From Candidatus Poribacteria bacterium (GTDB lineage Bacteria > Poribacteria > WGA-4E > WGA-3G), in assembly GCA_965198235.1 (NCBI GenBank), contig OZ240248.1, positions 3,232,001 through 3,296,000 of the forward strand: a DNA stretch of 64,000 nucleotides. Direction: 5' to 3'. This document shows, piece after piece, positions 1 to 9,957 of this stretch; within the stretch, counting starts at the first letter, position 1; every line of letters begins with the position of its first letter. The notes beneath the pieces are model-generated. The model ran no database searches. It was given only the letters and a program-made list of their open reading frames with translations, and was not told where the DNA came from. The translations under genes and the position numbers were made by a program.

Positions 1-1083
1 CGCAATAAGACCTTCCCAAGGATTTTCGACATTGTTGGTTTTGAGTTGATACGTTTCTTGATATGATGCTGGATCGTCTCCAGCATGAGTCAGGGCGCCA
101 CCTCTACCGGGACCTATCTTCCAGCGTACACCCCCTTTCGTGCCGAACCACTCGGCGAGAAAGTCCTTGTTATATTGTTGGAGATTGATATAGATCCCCC
201 AATTTTCACCGTTGATAACCAATTTCACAAGATTGGTTTTCATCGCAGGGATATAGTCACGGGAGATTCGATTGTAGATCACCTCACGGAGGAAAGAGGC
301 ATCGACGTGCCCGTTGAGTAGATTGAGCGTTTTGTAGCCGTAGAGGCGTTGTCCATCTTCACCATAGTCAACAGCAATATTGAAGGATTTTTTCTCCGAT
401 CCGACTGTAAAGTAGGAGGAGGTGCCTCGAAAATGGACACCAACTTCTGGGTAGACCTTGCCATCAACAATCAGTGCTGCCGGAACTTCAATGTCCGTGC
501 GATAAAACGAGCTCATCTGCTCGTACCAATCTTCATGGTGGAATCGGAGGTGAAGCGTACGGAGTGTTTGTGCGTCGTAGAGTGAGGGTGAGCCTTCTGG
601 CACCGTATTGAGGCTTGCTTGCACATCGCTCTGAACGTCTTCGTGCAACCTTTCTTCGCTCATGAGAGACGAACTTCCACCACCGCGCGTGTTCAGTGCC
701 GCTTGCCGCTCGGCACGGGTTAATTTTCCATCCTTGTCTGTATCGAACTGTTTGAGCAGTTTTTCTGGGGGTTGAGGTCCTCTCCTACCACCGCCAAAAC
801 CGGGCATCCCACCGGGTCCTCCAAAGCCTACGTTAGGACCTTGATTATTCTGCATTCGCTTAATCTCTGCAGTGGTTAGTTTATTGCCTGTGAGTGCTTC
901 TATGCTCGTAACCCGGAGCATCAGATCATCCTCTTCATTGCTCAGTTTGCCATCTCCATTGAGGTCGAACCGCTTCTGGTCATCTGAGAGTTTGGGGGAT
1001 TCTTGATTGTCTTGAGCGTTGGCGTGTATTGTCCAACCGATAATTATTAGCACAATGAGTGTTATTGATTTAATTTGTTTCAT
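1..1083 (-). CDS. CotH-family kinase-like protein with N-terminal EF-hand-like motifs (runs off window start)
   Basis: Not in ORF track. Hand translation from ATG at 1083: signal peptide MKQIKSITLIVLIIIGWTIHANA, EF-hand-like DLNGDGKLSNEE and DTDKDGKLTRAE, then CotH motifs VGVHFRGTSS, KKSFNI, SFLREVIY, LVINGENWGIY. Confidence 0.8.
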   Translation of the reverse strand, partial: MKQIKSITLIVLIIIGWTIHANAQDNQESPKLSDDQKRFDLNGDGKLSNEEDDLMLRVTSIEALTGNKLTTAEIKRMQNNQGPNVGFGGPGGMPGFGGGRRGPQPPEKLLKQFDTDKDGKLTRAERQAALNTRGGGSSSLMSEERLHEDVQSDVQASLNTVPEGSPSLYDAQTLRTLHLRFHHEDWYEQMSSFYRTDIEVPAALIVDGKVYPEVGVHFRGTSSYFTVGSEKKSFNIAVDYGEDGQRLYGYKTLNLLNGHVDASFLREVIYNRISRDYIPAMKTNLVKLVINGENWGIYINLQQYNKDFLAEWFGTKGGVRWKIGPGRGGALTHAGDDPASYQETYQLKTNNVENPWEGLIA

Positions 1084-1151
1084 CGTATTCTCCTTTTCAG
1101 TTTTAGATTCGGACAGCATAGAAAGGTTCGGGGTTTCTCCGCTTTCTATGT

Positions 1152-1832
1152 TCATTCTTTATCCATTTTAACCTCTGTGACGTTTTCAGTCCGTGAAAGT
1201 TCGTTAAAGAAAGCAAGCCATTCCTGCGGATTCGCCAATCTAACCCGATATGTCAATTCAATCTGCTGTGATTTTTTGATGCGTTGTTCGAGTAGATGTT
1301 CATAAATTAGGTGCTTATCGAAAACGGGACGATAGGCGGTCTCGGAGTCTTGGTCGGGTGGTAGGCAGAATTCGAGACTAAATTCATTATTGTTACCAAA
1401 GCGTTGATGCCAATGGTATAGGCAGAGGATAATGATACCAATGAGGAAGGTCGCCAGAATTGCGACAGATGGATTTCCAGCACCGACCGCCATCCCAACA
1501 GCTAACGCGTAAAAAACGAAACCGATATCGCGTGGATCTTGGATAGCAGTTCGGAATCGGATAATAGACAATGCACCTACAAGGCTAAACGCCCTTGCGA
1601 TGCTATCACCGATAATCACCATCACTATAGAAATCAACATACATAGGATGATGAGTGTGTCGGTAAACGATTTTTGTGGGACTTTGGCGTGGGTCCACAA
1701 GTAGATGTTAACAATGAAAACGCCGAGCACAAATGAGAGTAACACTCTGAGGGCATCAGCACCAAGCGTTACAAATGGAGGCAGCGTTAAAAAATCAAAG
1801 AATATATGCATTCCAGTTTGCCAATTAGCCAA
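1152..1832 (-). CDS. DUF4956 family membrane protein
   Basis: SIARAFSLVGALSIIRFRTAIQDPRDIGFVF motif; adjacent to CotH as is typical. Confidence 0.85.
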   Translation of the reverse strand: MANWQTGMHIFFDFLTLPPFVTLGADALRVLLSFVLGVFIVNIYLWTHAKVPQKSFTDTLIILCMLISIVMVIIGDSIARAFSLVGALSIIRFRTAIQDPRDIGFVFYALAVGMAVGAGNPSVAILATFLIGIIILCLYHWHQRFGNNNEFSLEFCLPPDQDSETAYRPVFDKHLIYEHLLEQRIKKSQQIELTYRVRLANPQEWLAFFNELSRTENVTEVKMDKE

Positions 1833-1968
1833 TTAGAAGGTTGTGTTATAGTCTACCACAATTAGACAGACATGTATGGAAATTGTTGAAAAATTTTGTC
1901 AACAAAGCGGCTTAAAGCAATTTACCGTGATTCCTTCGATTTGTGCGTGAGGAAATTTTCGACAACCC

Positions 1969-2400
1969 CTATTCAGTTGATGTGCTCGATTCTGTGCCGT
2001 AAAGAACTATCCGATCGATCATACCTAATGACGATGACAACACGACACGGATGGCATCTGTGGAGAGCGGAGCCCGAATGATATAGGGTGATGTCCTAAT
2101 TGGCGTTTTGATTGCCTTGACGATTCGCCAATTATCTTCTCCCATCCGAGCATAGACAGTCATGTTCCGCAGCGGTTCAATCGGATCAAAGTGGATTTCG
2201 ATTCGACTGATAGAACGTCTTTCCGGGAGTATCCACTTCTGAATTGCACTTGTACCACTCTCGGACAGTTCATAAGTCTGCGTCATACCACCATCGACGC
2301 GAACTGTGTTCTGGGCAGCGATCGAAAGGCAACCGAGCATCACGAACGGGAGTAGGACAAATACGAAAGTACTGTGGATAGAATTATTGAGACGGGTCAT
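1969..2400 (-). CDS. hypothetical secreted protein
   Basis: 143-aa ORF, signal-peptide-like N-terminus, co-oriented downstream of the permease. Confidence 0.6.
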   Translation of the reverse strand: MTRLNNSIHSTFVFVLLPFVMLGCLSIAAQNTVRVDGGMTQTYELSESGTSAIQKWILPERRSISRIEIHFDPIEPLRNMTVYARMGEDNWRIVKAIKTPIRTSPYIIRAPLSTDAIRVVLSSSLGMIDRIVLYGTESSTSTE

Positions 2401-2436
2401 AGCTTATTTCTCCTATTGTTTTAGTAATGTTTGTAC

Positions 2437-4008
2437 CTATTCTCGTGCTTGCTCTTCATGGCGAATCAGGACACCAACGAATATCCCTGAAAAAGCCAGA
2501 ATTGCAAGTGCATAAGGTGCGGCTTCAGCGAACATCGCTTCTGATGTGTAACTCCAGACGTTGAGCGCGAGTGTTTCATATCCAGCCGGCGATAAAAGAA
2601 AGGTAAGCGGTAATTCTTTCATTGTTGCGAGGAAAACCAGTGCTGTGGCAGTCAGCATCCCACGCGTGAGAATTGGGAGAAGTGCCCTGAAAAATGCTTG
2701 TATCCGTGAATACCCCAGCGAGCGAGCGGCTTCTTCTAAATTTGGTGAGGCTTGGTAGAGCGAACTCCGCACCGGTCCGATGGCTTCTGCGAGGAAATGT
2801 AGGGTACACGCGTAGATTAACACGGGTAACGTTTTGTAGATAAAAGACACGGTGTTTAAGACGAAAAAGATGAGTGACAGTGCAAAGGCGAGTGGCGGTA
2901 TAGCGTAAACGATATAGGCGACACGCCCTAACATGTTTGACAGGCGTGATGGGTGTCGAACGCCTACATAGGCGAACGGGACCGCCAGAAACGCACACAG
3001 AATTCCCGCGGGTATTGCAATCAACAGTGAACCGATGAGTGCATTCGCAAGCCCTTCCAGCACGGCAGCATCGAACCCTCTGAACATCCAGAGGAGTACA
3101 GCACCAGCAGGGATAACTACAGTCGCGAATGAGAGTACACTGAGGTACAAATAAGCGGGGGCTCGCCACGTACCGAGTGCGATCTGCGATAGTTGACGGG
3201 AAACCCCACTTCCCGCTCGATGGAGTGCTACCCGATTTAGCAATTTTGCCTCAAGATAGAGCAAGCATCCGGTAAAGACCAGAAGCATGAGCGCAAGCCA
3301 CGCTGCATAGATGTGCTCGAAAGAGAGCATGTATTCTATGTACAGTGCGTAACTAAAGGTCTCATAACGCATCAATGACACAACGCCGAAGTCACCGAGG
3401 ACATGTAGGCTAATGAGTAAACCGCTTGCATAAAAGGCAGGACGCAGCTGCGGAAGGATGATATGGAAAAAAGTTTCGCGATATCGGTAACCGAGACTTC
3501 GAGCGGATTCCTCAAGGCTTGGGTCGAGTCCTAACAGTGCGGTACGCAGATTCAAAAAGAGATAAGGGCTCGTGTAAGCACTTAGAGCGAGAAGTGCCCC
3601 CCAGTAACCACTGAGGCGCGGGATACTTTTTCCGAAAAACTGGGCGACGATACCGGTATTTCCGCCGAGCGCCAGCAACGCGTATGCCATCACATAGCCT
3701 GGAATAGCAAGTGGTAAAGCGCAAAGCACCGTAAAGAAACGTTTCCCCTTCAGGTTCACTCTGGTTGTTAACCATGCTGCGGGGGTTGCCAAAAGAAGAT
3801 CTAACGCGAGAACACCAGCGGTCAGCAGGAGTGTGTTAAAGAAAAGCCTCGCGTTTCGCCAGCGGAAGACAATCTGCGCAAGCGCAGTGCCTTCCGCAGA
3901 AAACGCTTTGACGAGTAGGTAAACCAACGGGATCAGCCCGCCAGCACCGACCACAACTGCCGGTATAAGGAGATAGTAGTTTACACTTACTATTTTTGGC
4001 TTTGACAT
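2437..4008 (-). CDS. fbpB: Fe3+ ABC transporter permease (FbpB/SfuB-like)
   Basis: Duplicated permease halves with EAA motifs LEESARSLG and LEEAARSLG; PLAIPGYV; next to iron-binding protein. Confidence 0.85.
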   Translation of the reverse strand: MSKPKIVSVNYYLLIPAVVVGAGGLIPLVYLLVKAFSAEGTALAQIVFRWRNARLFFNTLLLTAGVLALDLLLATPAAWLTTRVNLKGKRFFTVLCALPLAIPGYVMAYALLALGGNTGIVAQFFGKSIPRLSGYWGALLALSAYTSPYLFLNLRTALLGLDPSLEESARSLGYRYRETFFHIILPQLRPAFYASGLLISLHVLGDFGVVSLMRYETFSYALYIEYMLSFEHIYAAWLALMLLVFTGCLLYLEAKLLNRVALHRAGSGVSRQLSQIALGTWRAPAYLYLSVLSFATVVIPAGAVLLWMFRGFDAAVLEGLANALIGSLLIAIPAGILCAFLAVPFAYVGVRHPSRLSNMLGRVAYIVYAIPPLAFALSLIFFVLNTVSFIYKTLPVLIYACTLHFLAEAIGPVRSSLYQASPNLEEAARSLGYSRIQAFFRALLPILTRGMLTATALVFLATMKELPLTFLLSPAGYETLALNVWSYTSEAMFAEAAPYALAILAFSGIFVGVLIRHEEQARE

Positions 4009-4049
4009 TCAATTCCAGTTACCTCAACTACCGACTGGGGTTGCTGTGT

Positions 4050-5060
4050 CTATAGAATCTCAACATCTCTCAACAGTTTAACTGTACCGTCGAGATCGTC
4101 CATATCATTGAGATTGAATGTCGGTGCCAATTGAAGCAGTTCAGAGAGGGGCAGCAGGTTCGCATGCGGAGTTACGCCGTCAATGGCGGGGTATTCAAAA
4201 ACATCGCTGGTGAAGTATTGCTGCGCTTTAGAGGATAGCAGAAATTCCACAAATTTCAGTGCGGCATCTTTATTTTTCCTGCTTTTCAATAATCCGATAC
4301 CAGCAACATTGACGAGGTTGCCCGGATCAGTCGCCTTAAAAAAGATTTGTTCTACAGGAAAACCGGAGTCCTTGCTTTTAAAGCGAAGGAGATAATAGTG
4401 ATTCGGCAAACCGAGATCGATTTCTCCTGCAGCGAGTGCCTCTATGATGGGGGTATTCTTCGCATATTTTTTCACATCATTTGCTTTCATGCCGCGGAGC
4501 CATTCTTCTGTTCGTTCTTCACCTACCTGCACACGCAGGGAAGTCACAAACGCCTGAAAGGACGCATTTGTTGGTGCCCAACCGATTCTGCCTTTCCACA
4601 TCGGTTGTGTTAAATCGAAGATGCTTTGGGGGAGTTCTTCCATCTTAACGCGTTCTGGAGAGTATGCGAGTACACGTGCTCTACCGCTTGTTGCTACCCA
4701 GAAGCCTTCGGCATCACGAAATCCTGAAGGGACCTGTGTGAGTATGGATTCTGGCAATTTTTCAAACATCGTTTTTTTGCTAACGGCACCAAGGGCACCA
4801 GCGTCTTGTGCCCAAAAGAGGGCGGCAGGGCTTTTGTCGCCTTCTGTTAGGAGTGCAGCGGCGAGCTGTGTCGTCCCGCCGTAACTCACTTCCACTTGGA
4901 TACCACTCTTCTCTTCAAATTTCTTAATAATCGGTTCAACGAGGCTCTTACTTCGTCCGGAATAGATGGTCAACGTTTCAGCGTGAACCGTCCCGATGAG
5001 GGTGAATAAGAGCAAAATAAGCGCGTAATAACTGAACAAACTGGATCGGTTGTTAAACAT
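4050..5060 (-). CDS. fbpA: Fe3+ ABC transporter substrate-binding protein (FbpA/FutA-like)
   Basis: LTIYSGR, GRARVLAY, GWAPTNASFQAF, NHYY iron-ligand tyrosines; AGGAG RBS before ATG at 5060. Confidence 0.88.
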   Translation of the reverse strand: MFNNRSSLFSYYALILLLFTLIGTVHAETLTIYSGRSKSLVEPIIKKFEEKSGIQVEVSYGGTTQLAAALLTEGDKSPAALFWAQDAGALGAVSKKTMFEKLPESILTQVPSGFRDAEGFWVATSGRARVLAYSPERVKMEELPQSIFDLTQPMWKGRIGWAPTNASFQAFVTSLRVQVGEERTEEWLRGMKANDVKKYAKNTPIIEALAAGEIDLGLPNHYYLLRFKSKDSGFPVEQIFFKATDPGNLVNVAGIGLLKSRKNKDAALKFVEFLLSSKAQQYFTSDVFEYPAIDGVTPHANLLPLSELLQLAPTFNLNDMDDLDGTVKLLRDVEIL

Positions 5061-5176
5061 TATGTCTCCTTTGGTAATTAACGGACTGTACATCCGAATG
5101 AAATCTGATATGAATTTAGTCAGATTTCAGTGCGAAAGGTTCAAAGTTTCTGAATAAACGCTCGATATGCGTTTTG

Positions 5177-6316
5177 TCAATTCTTAGGCACCACCCGCCA
5201 GCGTGTGTTCATGCCTGCCGTAATATGATCAGCAACATGGCAGTGATAGAGCCAATTGCCGGGAGTTTTTGCTGTCATATCTACCGTAACCATAGAGCCG
5301 GGAAGTAAATCTACCACGTCAGTGCGTTTTCCTGCGTTTAGCACCGTCTGACCGTGCCAGTGTGCGGTGTGCATATCGACTTCAGTGCCTAACCCGATGA
5401 GATACCAGCGTACTCGGTCGTCTTGTTCAACTTCCAACCCTTGTAAATTGCCAAAGATATAGCCGTTAATAGCATGTTTAAGATTACCCTCTTCAGCCTC
5501 CTCAGGAGAGTCATAGTCCGCGCTTTGTCCGCTTTTGACGATTTTGCGGTCATTTTCATTGAAGACGAGAAACAGCGTAGTGAAGGCTTTGTCAACATCT
5601 TTGGGACGTGGATCGTTCGCAGCACGTTCCATCCCTTTTTTCGTGACGACAACGGTTCCAATCAAACCGTCGTAGATCTCGGTAACGGCATCGACGTGTG
5701 AGTGGTAAAGCCAGATGATAGACGATGGATCGTTTGGACCAGGGGCGGCATCACTATCTGCTTCCCAGTGATAGGTAAATTTACCGCCTGGTGGCACAGC
5801 GGCACCGGATCCTTTCATATCGGCACCTTCGTTTGCTTCATCGTATTGTAATCCGTGCACATGGATGCTGAGGGGTTTGTCGGCGCGATTGAGAAAATGG
5901 ACCCGGACGCTATCGCCTTCAACAGCGTGCAGTTGCGGTCCAAGAATACCCATCCACGCGGGTTGTTCAACTTGTGTCGTGTAGGTATCATCGGTGTATT
6001 GGATGTAGCGATATTTTTCGTACATGAGTGCTTTACCCCAAACGTCCAACCCCATCGCTGGTCTGATGAGGTTTTGTCCACTGGGTGCGTAGTTCCATTC
6101 GACTTTCTCAGCCGCGATCCAATACTCCCGTGTTACGGCTTCAGCGGAGCCGATACAGAGGTAAAGTAGGACACTCATGAGTGTAAGAAATGTATAAGAC
6201 GTGGTTTGTAGGTTTCCCGGATTGAGTAGGGAACGCAGTTGGAAGGTATTCGTTAATTTCAATCTCGTGATATTGAGACTCATTTTCAGAAACCGACTTT
6301 TTAAAGCGGACTCCAT
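5177..6316 (-). CDS. two-domain multicopper oxidase, ceruloplasmin/hephaestin-like N-terminus
   Basis: Cu motifs HVHG, WLYHSH, HTAHWHG, YHCHVADHITAGM; REYWIAAEKVEWNYAP; start codon uncertain (6316, 6283 or 6178). Confidence 0.88.
   Translation of the reverse strand: MESALKSRFLKMSLNITRLKLTNTFQLRSLLNPGNLQTTSYTFLTLMSVLLYLCIGSAEAVTREYWIAAEKVEWNYAPSGQNLIRPAMGLDVWGKALMYEKYRYIQYTDDTYTTQVEQPAWMGILGPQLHAVEGDSVRVHFLNRADKPLSIHVHGLQYDEANEGADMKGSGAAVPPGGKFTYHWEADSDAAPGPNDPSSIIWLYHSHVDAVTEIYDGLIGTVVVTKKGMERAANDPRPKDVDKAFTTLFLVFNENDRKIVKSGQSADYDSPEEAEEGNLKHAINGYIFGNLQGLEVEQDDRVRWYLIGLGTEVDMHTAHWHGQTVLNAGKRTDVVDLLPGSMVTVDMTAKTPGNWLYHCHVADHITAGMNTRWRVVPKN
6269..6287. promoter_or_regulatory. putative Fur box
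   Basis: GATATTGAGACTCATTTTC matches 15/19 of the GATAATGATAATCATTATC consensus, at the head of the iron-uptake unit. Confidence 0.55.
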
Positions 6317-6352
6317 TAGATACTGAACCTCGCTGGGTTAAATTTGCATTGA

Positions 6353-6381
6353 ATTATATCACAAAAAGTGGGACGTGTCAA
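6353..6381 (-). promoter_or_regulatory. sigma70-type promoter
   Basis: Minus strand TTGACA-17bp-TATAAT exact consensus with extended -10 TGn. Confidence 0.75.
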
Positions 6382-6431
6382 GAAAATCTTAAGTTTTACT
6401 GCATGTCTGTCCATGCCGGCATCGTTTAACC

Positions 6432-7286
6432 TCAATCTATTTGCGGGTCGAGGGCATCTCGGAGGGCGTCACCGAGGAGGTTGAACCCCAAGACGATGAG
6501 AAAGATGGCGATGCCGGGAGCGGTAACAGCCAAGGGGGCGCGGCGGATAAATTTTCGGTTTTCATTGAGCATTGCGCCCCATTCGGGTTCGCCAATCTCA
6601 GCACCGAGTCCGAGGAAACTCAGTCCGGCGGCATCTAAAATGGCGGCACCGATACCTAAAGTCGCTTGGACGATCAACGGCGCGATACAGTTCGGGAGAA
6701 CGGTGGTCAGAAGAATGCGACTGTTGCTCGCACCGATGACCTTCGCGGCGACGACATAATCTAACTCACGGACTTTCAGGACAGCGGCACGCAAGATTCG
6801 GGCGTATTGCGGGATATAGACGATGGAGACAGCAATAATTGCATTCGTAAGGCTCTGCCCCAAAATGGTGACAATGACCATTGCGAGAAGGATGCTCGGC
6901 ATGGCAAGCATCATATCCATCACGCGCATAATTAGATTGTCGAGCCTTCCACCGTAATAACCGGCGATTGCACCGAAGAGAGTACCGAATCCTATGGAAA
7001 ATGACATCGCGATCAGTCCGACCTTCAGAGATATACGCGTTCCATAGACAATCCGGCTGAAAATATCACGTCCAACGCCATCCGTGCCGAGGTAGTGTGT
7101 GCCGGACGAGTCTTTGAGGCGTTCAACGACGTTGGCATGCCTCGGATCATGTGTTGCGATAAGCGGCGCGAAAATGGCGATGATAATGAAGAACAGTATG
7201 ATAGATGCCCCAATGGTGGCAGAACGGTGTCTTAAGAGTTTCCGAAGGACGTATTGTTGAGTAGTGAGGGTTGTTGCGTTGCTCAT
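6432..7286 (-). CDS. dppC: peptide/nickel ABC transporter permease DppC-like
   Basis: HYLGTDGVGRDIFSRIVYGTRISL; PEWGAML. Confidence 0.88.
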   Translation of the reverse strand: MSNATTLTTQQYVLRKLLRHRSATIGASIILFFIIIAIFAPLIATHDPRHANVVERLKDSSGTHYLGTDGVGRDIFSRIVYGTRISLKVGLIAMSFSIGFGTLFGAIAGYYGGRLDNLIMRVMDMMLAMPSILLAMVIVTILGQSLTNAIIAVSIVYIPQYARILRAAVLKVRELDYVVAAKVIGASNSRILLTTVLPNCIAPLIVQATLGIGAAILDAAGLSFLGLGAEIGEPEWGAMLNENRKFIRRAPLAVTAPGIAIFLIVLGFNLLGDALRDALDPQID

Positions 7287-8305
7287 GTGGCTTCGTTTCC
7301 TACTCGAATACGTGGGTCAAAATAGGCATACAGCAGGTCCACGACAAGATTGACGAACATAAAGACCGATGCGACGAAAAGCACACCCCCTTGCACTGCG
7401 CGAACGTCACGAGCCTCTACGGCAGCACGTAACCAGGAACCAAGTCCGGGCCAAGAAAATATGTGCTCGGTTAAGATTGCTCCGCCTAATAGATAGCCGA
7501 ATTCCAAGCCGATAATTGTCAGAATGGGCACCATGCTGTTTTTCATTGCATGTTTACTAATGACTTTCCACCGCGGCAAGCCTTTCGCGTAAGCAGTTGT
7601 AATGTAGGGTTGGTTTAGCACTTCAAGGAGGCTGGATCGGGTCATCCGGGCGATAATTGCTAATGGGATCGTGCCTAACGTTATCGCCGGGAGGATGAGG
7701 TGCGCTACGGCATTCCGAAAGGCGGCGAAGTTACCTGTAAGAAGGGTGTCGATGAGATAAAAACCTGTGAGCGATTGGACATCTAAATCTAATATGACAT
7801 CGAGTCGTCCCGTGCTCGGTAGTATAGGCAGGAAATATGAGAAAAGCAAGATGAGCATCAATCCCAACCAGAAGATTGGCATAGAGATACCAGCGAGGGA
7901 TATTGACATGGAGAAATAGTCTAAAAACGTTCCGCGGGAGATCGCAGCAATGATACCTGCCGCAATACCGAACAGGATCGAAAATGCCATTGCTGCGAGG
8001 GTCAGTTCAGCTGTTGCCGGGAAATAGCGTTTGATTTCTTCGATGACGGGTTGCTTTGTTTTGAAGGAGCGTCCGAAGTCGAGGTGTGCGACATCCCACA
8101 GAAATTTGGCGTATTGGTGATACAAAGGCTTATCAAGCCCCATATCTTCTCGAAGTTCGGTGAGTGCCTTTTCGGTCGCCCGTTCTCCCAAAATAGCGAT
8201 GGCGGCATCGCCGGGGATGAGATGCACCATCAAAAATACAAGGAGCGATACCGCCAAAAGGGATAAACCGATGGAAAGAAAGCGTTGGAGAAGATAGGAG
8301 AGCAA
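7283..8305 (-). CDS. dppB: peptide/nickel ABC transporter permease DppB-like
   Basis: HLILPAITL, ARMTRSSLLEVL, TAYAKGL; 4-bp overlap with dppC. Confidence 0.88.
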   Translation of the reverse strand: MLSYLLQRFLSIGLSLLAVSLLVFLMVHLIPGDAAIAILGERATEKALTELREDMGLDKPLYHQYAKFLWDVAHLDFGRSFKTKQPVIEEIKRYFPATAELTLAAMAFSILFGIAAGIIAAISRGTFLDYFSMSISLAGISMPIFWLGLMLILLFSYFLPILPSTGRLDVILDLDVQSLTGFYLIDTLLTGNFAAFRNAVAHLILPAITLGTIPLAIIARMTRSSLLEVLNQPYITTAYAKGLPRWKVISKHAMKNSMVPILTIIGLEFGYLLGGAILTEHIFSWPGLGSWLRAAVEARDVRAVQGGVLFVASVFMFVNLVVDLLYAYFDPRIRVGNEAT

Positions 8306-8449
8306 GCGTTGAACCTTTCGTTAGCGATGCCATCTACATGCTATTCATAGACTCCATCTTTCTTTTCTTTACCAAAATGGGGTTAAATTAACCGAAAATC
8401 CGTTTTTCGACAGCGGAAAAATGGCACAGGGAGGCCCGTAGTTTAAAAA

Positions 8450-9277
8450 TTAGAAAAATGGGTTGTGTAATTTCTCTTCACCGACGGTGGTGGAAGGACC
8501 GTGCCCTGGAAAGAGTCTAACTGGGTCTGGAAGTGACAACAGGTTGTCTCGAACGCTATCAATTTCATCCTGGTAGGAGATGTTGGGACCGCCAACTGAG
8601 CCAGCGAAGATCGCATCGCCGACGAACGCTACGTTCTGGACGATGAAACTACAGCCGCCGGGCGTATGCCCGGGCGTATTAACGACGGTTACTGTGAGTT
8701 CACCGACGGTGAGGGTATCTCCGTGTGCCATCTCACGTAATCTCGTTTCGCTCCCCGGTTTCGGTTCGTTCGTATGGATGTAAGTTTCGCATCCAGTAGC
8801 GGTTTGGATCTTCGGTAAACCCTCGGTGTGATCGCTGTGGGCGTGTGTCAAAAGAATCGCTGTGGGATTCACATTGTGGGCATCTAACTGTTCCAAGATG
8901 AGGTCTGGATGCGCTGCGGTGTCGATAATCGCAGCGTCATTGGTTGCTTGGCAGATTAGGATATAGGCATTGACGGGCCATCCTCCTACCGGTGCGCTAA
9001 TTGTGATAACTTCAAGGGCTGAATCACTCATCTGTTGCGGTGGTTCGGGTTCCCACTGTTCTGTCGCGATATCGAGCAGCTTGGTGCCGTCCAAATTCAG
9101 GACTTCTGCGAGTCGAAGGACTTGCGTTTCTGTCGGTTTTAAGGTATACTGCTCCATACGAGCCAGTTCTGTCTCTGTGATGCCCGCCGCAGTGGCGATT
9201 TGGCTTGGAGGCAAGTTCTGCCCGCGTCGGGCTTTGCCGATGATGTCACCGAATTCATCTTCAAGTGCGTATGCCAT
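8450..9277 (-). CDS. MBL-fold metallo-hydrolase with N-terminal XRE-like HTH
   Basis: THAHSDH, TPGHTPG, GDAIF, PGHGP; N-terminal helical HTH-like segment. Confidence 0.85.
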   Translation of the reverse strand: MAYALEDEFGDIIGKARRGQNLPPSQIATAAGITETELARMEQYTLKPTETQVLRLAEVLNLDGTKLLDIATEQWEPEPPQQMSDSALEVITISAPVGGWPVNAYILICQATNDAAIIDTAAHPDLILEQLDAHNVNPTAILLTHAHSDHTEGLPKIQTATGCETYIHTNEPKPGSETRLREMAHGDTLTVGELTVTVVNTPGHTPGGCSFIVQNVAFVGDAIFAGSVGGPNISYQDEIDSVRDNLLSLPDPVRLFPGHGPSTTVGEEKLHNPFF

Positions 9278-9375
9278 GGGGTATGCTCCTTACTTATTGG
9301 TTTAAGGAACATTGTATCAAATAATTCGGTATAATACAATTGAAAATGGTAGACATCGAAACAGGAGGAATTCTG

Positions 9376-9948
9376 ATGGACATTCCGAAAAACGGTTCTG
9401 AACAAGCAGCAATATCCCTGGCGCCCATAGCAACCGATATGACCCTGGATGAATTTTGCCAATCCGACTTGGAGGGATATGAATATGTCAAAGGGGAATT
9501 AATACCGATGGCACCACCGACAATGGAACACGGTGAAATAAGTATGAGCCTTAGTTTGCTTTTAGGTGTTCACATTCGTGAAAATGAGTTGGGGCGTTTG
9601 TATCCAGCAGATACAGACTTTAAATTGGGTGACCGATTGGTTAAACCAGATATTGCGTTTGTTTCGACAGCGAGACTGCCTGAGAACAAGCGCCAGGCAT
9701 CCCCTGTGGCACCGGATCTAGCGGTTGAAGTCGTCTCACCGACAGATATTCAATATCGTGTTGTCGAAAAGGTGTTTGCCTATCTCAACGCCGGAACGCG
9801 CCTCGTCTGGATCATTGAACCTGTAGGAAAAACAGCGACGGTGTATCGTTCCGAAACAGACATCAAAACGCTCACATTCGAAGACACGCTTACCGGTGAA
9901 GATGTCGTTGAAGGTTTTTCGTGTCAAGTCTCACAACTTTTTGAATAA
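9376..9948 (+). CDS. Uma2 family endonuclease
   Basis: YEYVKGELI, PDIAFVS, PDLAVEVVSP; GGAGG RBS before 9376. Confidence 0.88.
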   Translation: MDIPKNGSEQAAISLAPIATDMTLDEFCQSDLEGYEYVKGELIPMAPPTMEHGEISMSLSLLLGVHIRENELGRLYPADTDFKLGDRLVKPDIAFVSTARLPENKRQASPVAPDLAVEVVSPTDIQYRVVEKVFAYLNAGTRLVWIIEPVGKTATVYRSETDIKTLTFEDTLTGEDVVEGFSCQVSQLFE

Positions 9949-9957
9949 GGAGATTTT

